Source: Eledone cirrhosa (Eukaryota). From it: DNA of 64,000 nt. A model generated the notes under the pieces. That model did no database searches, was not told the origin of the DNA, and saw only the letters and a program-made list of their open reading frames with translations. The stretch spans positions 163,184,001 through 163,248,000 of the forward strand of contig OZ024741.1 in the NCBI GenBank assembly GCA_964016885.1. Direction: 5' to 3'. Below are positions 63,934-64,000 of the stretch, one piece after another (the first letter of the stretch is position 1; each line of letters starts with the position of its first letter). Both the position numbers and the translations under genes were made by a program.

Positions 63934-63974
63934 TCACCGAAGAGCTCACAGAATGTGTGACGAAAGAGCTTTGA
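63934..63974 (+). ncRNA. Minimal hammerhead-like motif (CCGAAGA core), homologue of 3201-3241
   Basis: TCA-CCGAAGA-G C TCACA GAATG TGTGA C-GAAA-GAGC-TT-TGA. Confidence 0.55.
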
Positions 63975-64000
63975 AAATATATAAACAACCTTCCGGTTAT

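Overview
Eukaryotic, AT-rich, microsatellite-saturated DNA. The repeat landscape (dense (TA)n/(TATG)n, tRNA-derived SINEs, many Penelope-like elements) suggests an octopod cephalopod or similar invertebrate; this is inference. Almost all ORF-track entries are microsatellite artefacts. Real content: six decayed Penelope-like retroelement (PLE) coding fragments (five Naiad-like, one Neptune-like), several solo or inverted pseudo-LTR pieces, a Helitron remnant, an RTE LINE with a 5' inversion, hAT and Tc1/pogo MITEs, many SINEs, and a ~17 kb array of a 67-bp satellite with higher-order structure. Main hidden signals, read by eye: (1) 18 type-I hammerhead-ribozyme-like motifs in about 12 sequence families, most with non-canonical cores (U3:A8 compensatory pair in 5 families, U3-G8, U4A, U4C), palindromic stem III and sometimes very long stem II insertions; (2) a PLE fragment with TGA at two conserved zinc-finger Cys positions, suggesting a selenocysteine-encoding Naiad; (3) two in-phase candidate exons on the minus strand encoding a Thr-rich mucin stalk plus a hydrophobic segment; (4) many local inverted duplications, several centred on (TA)n.
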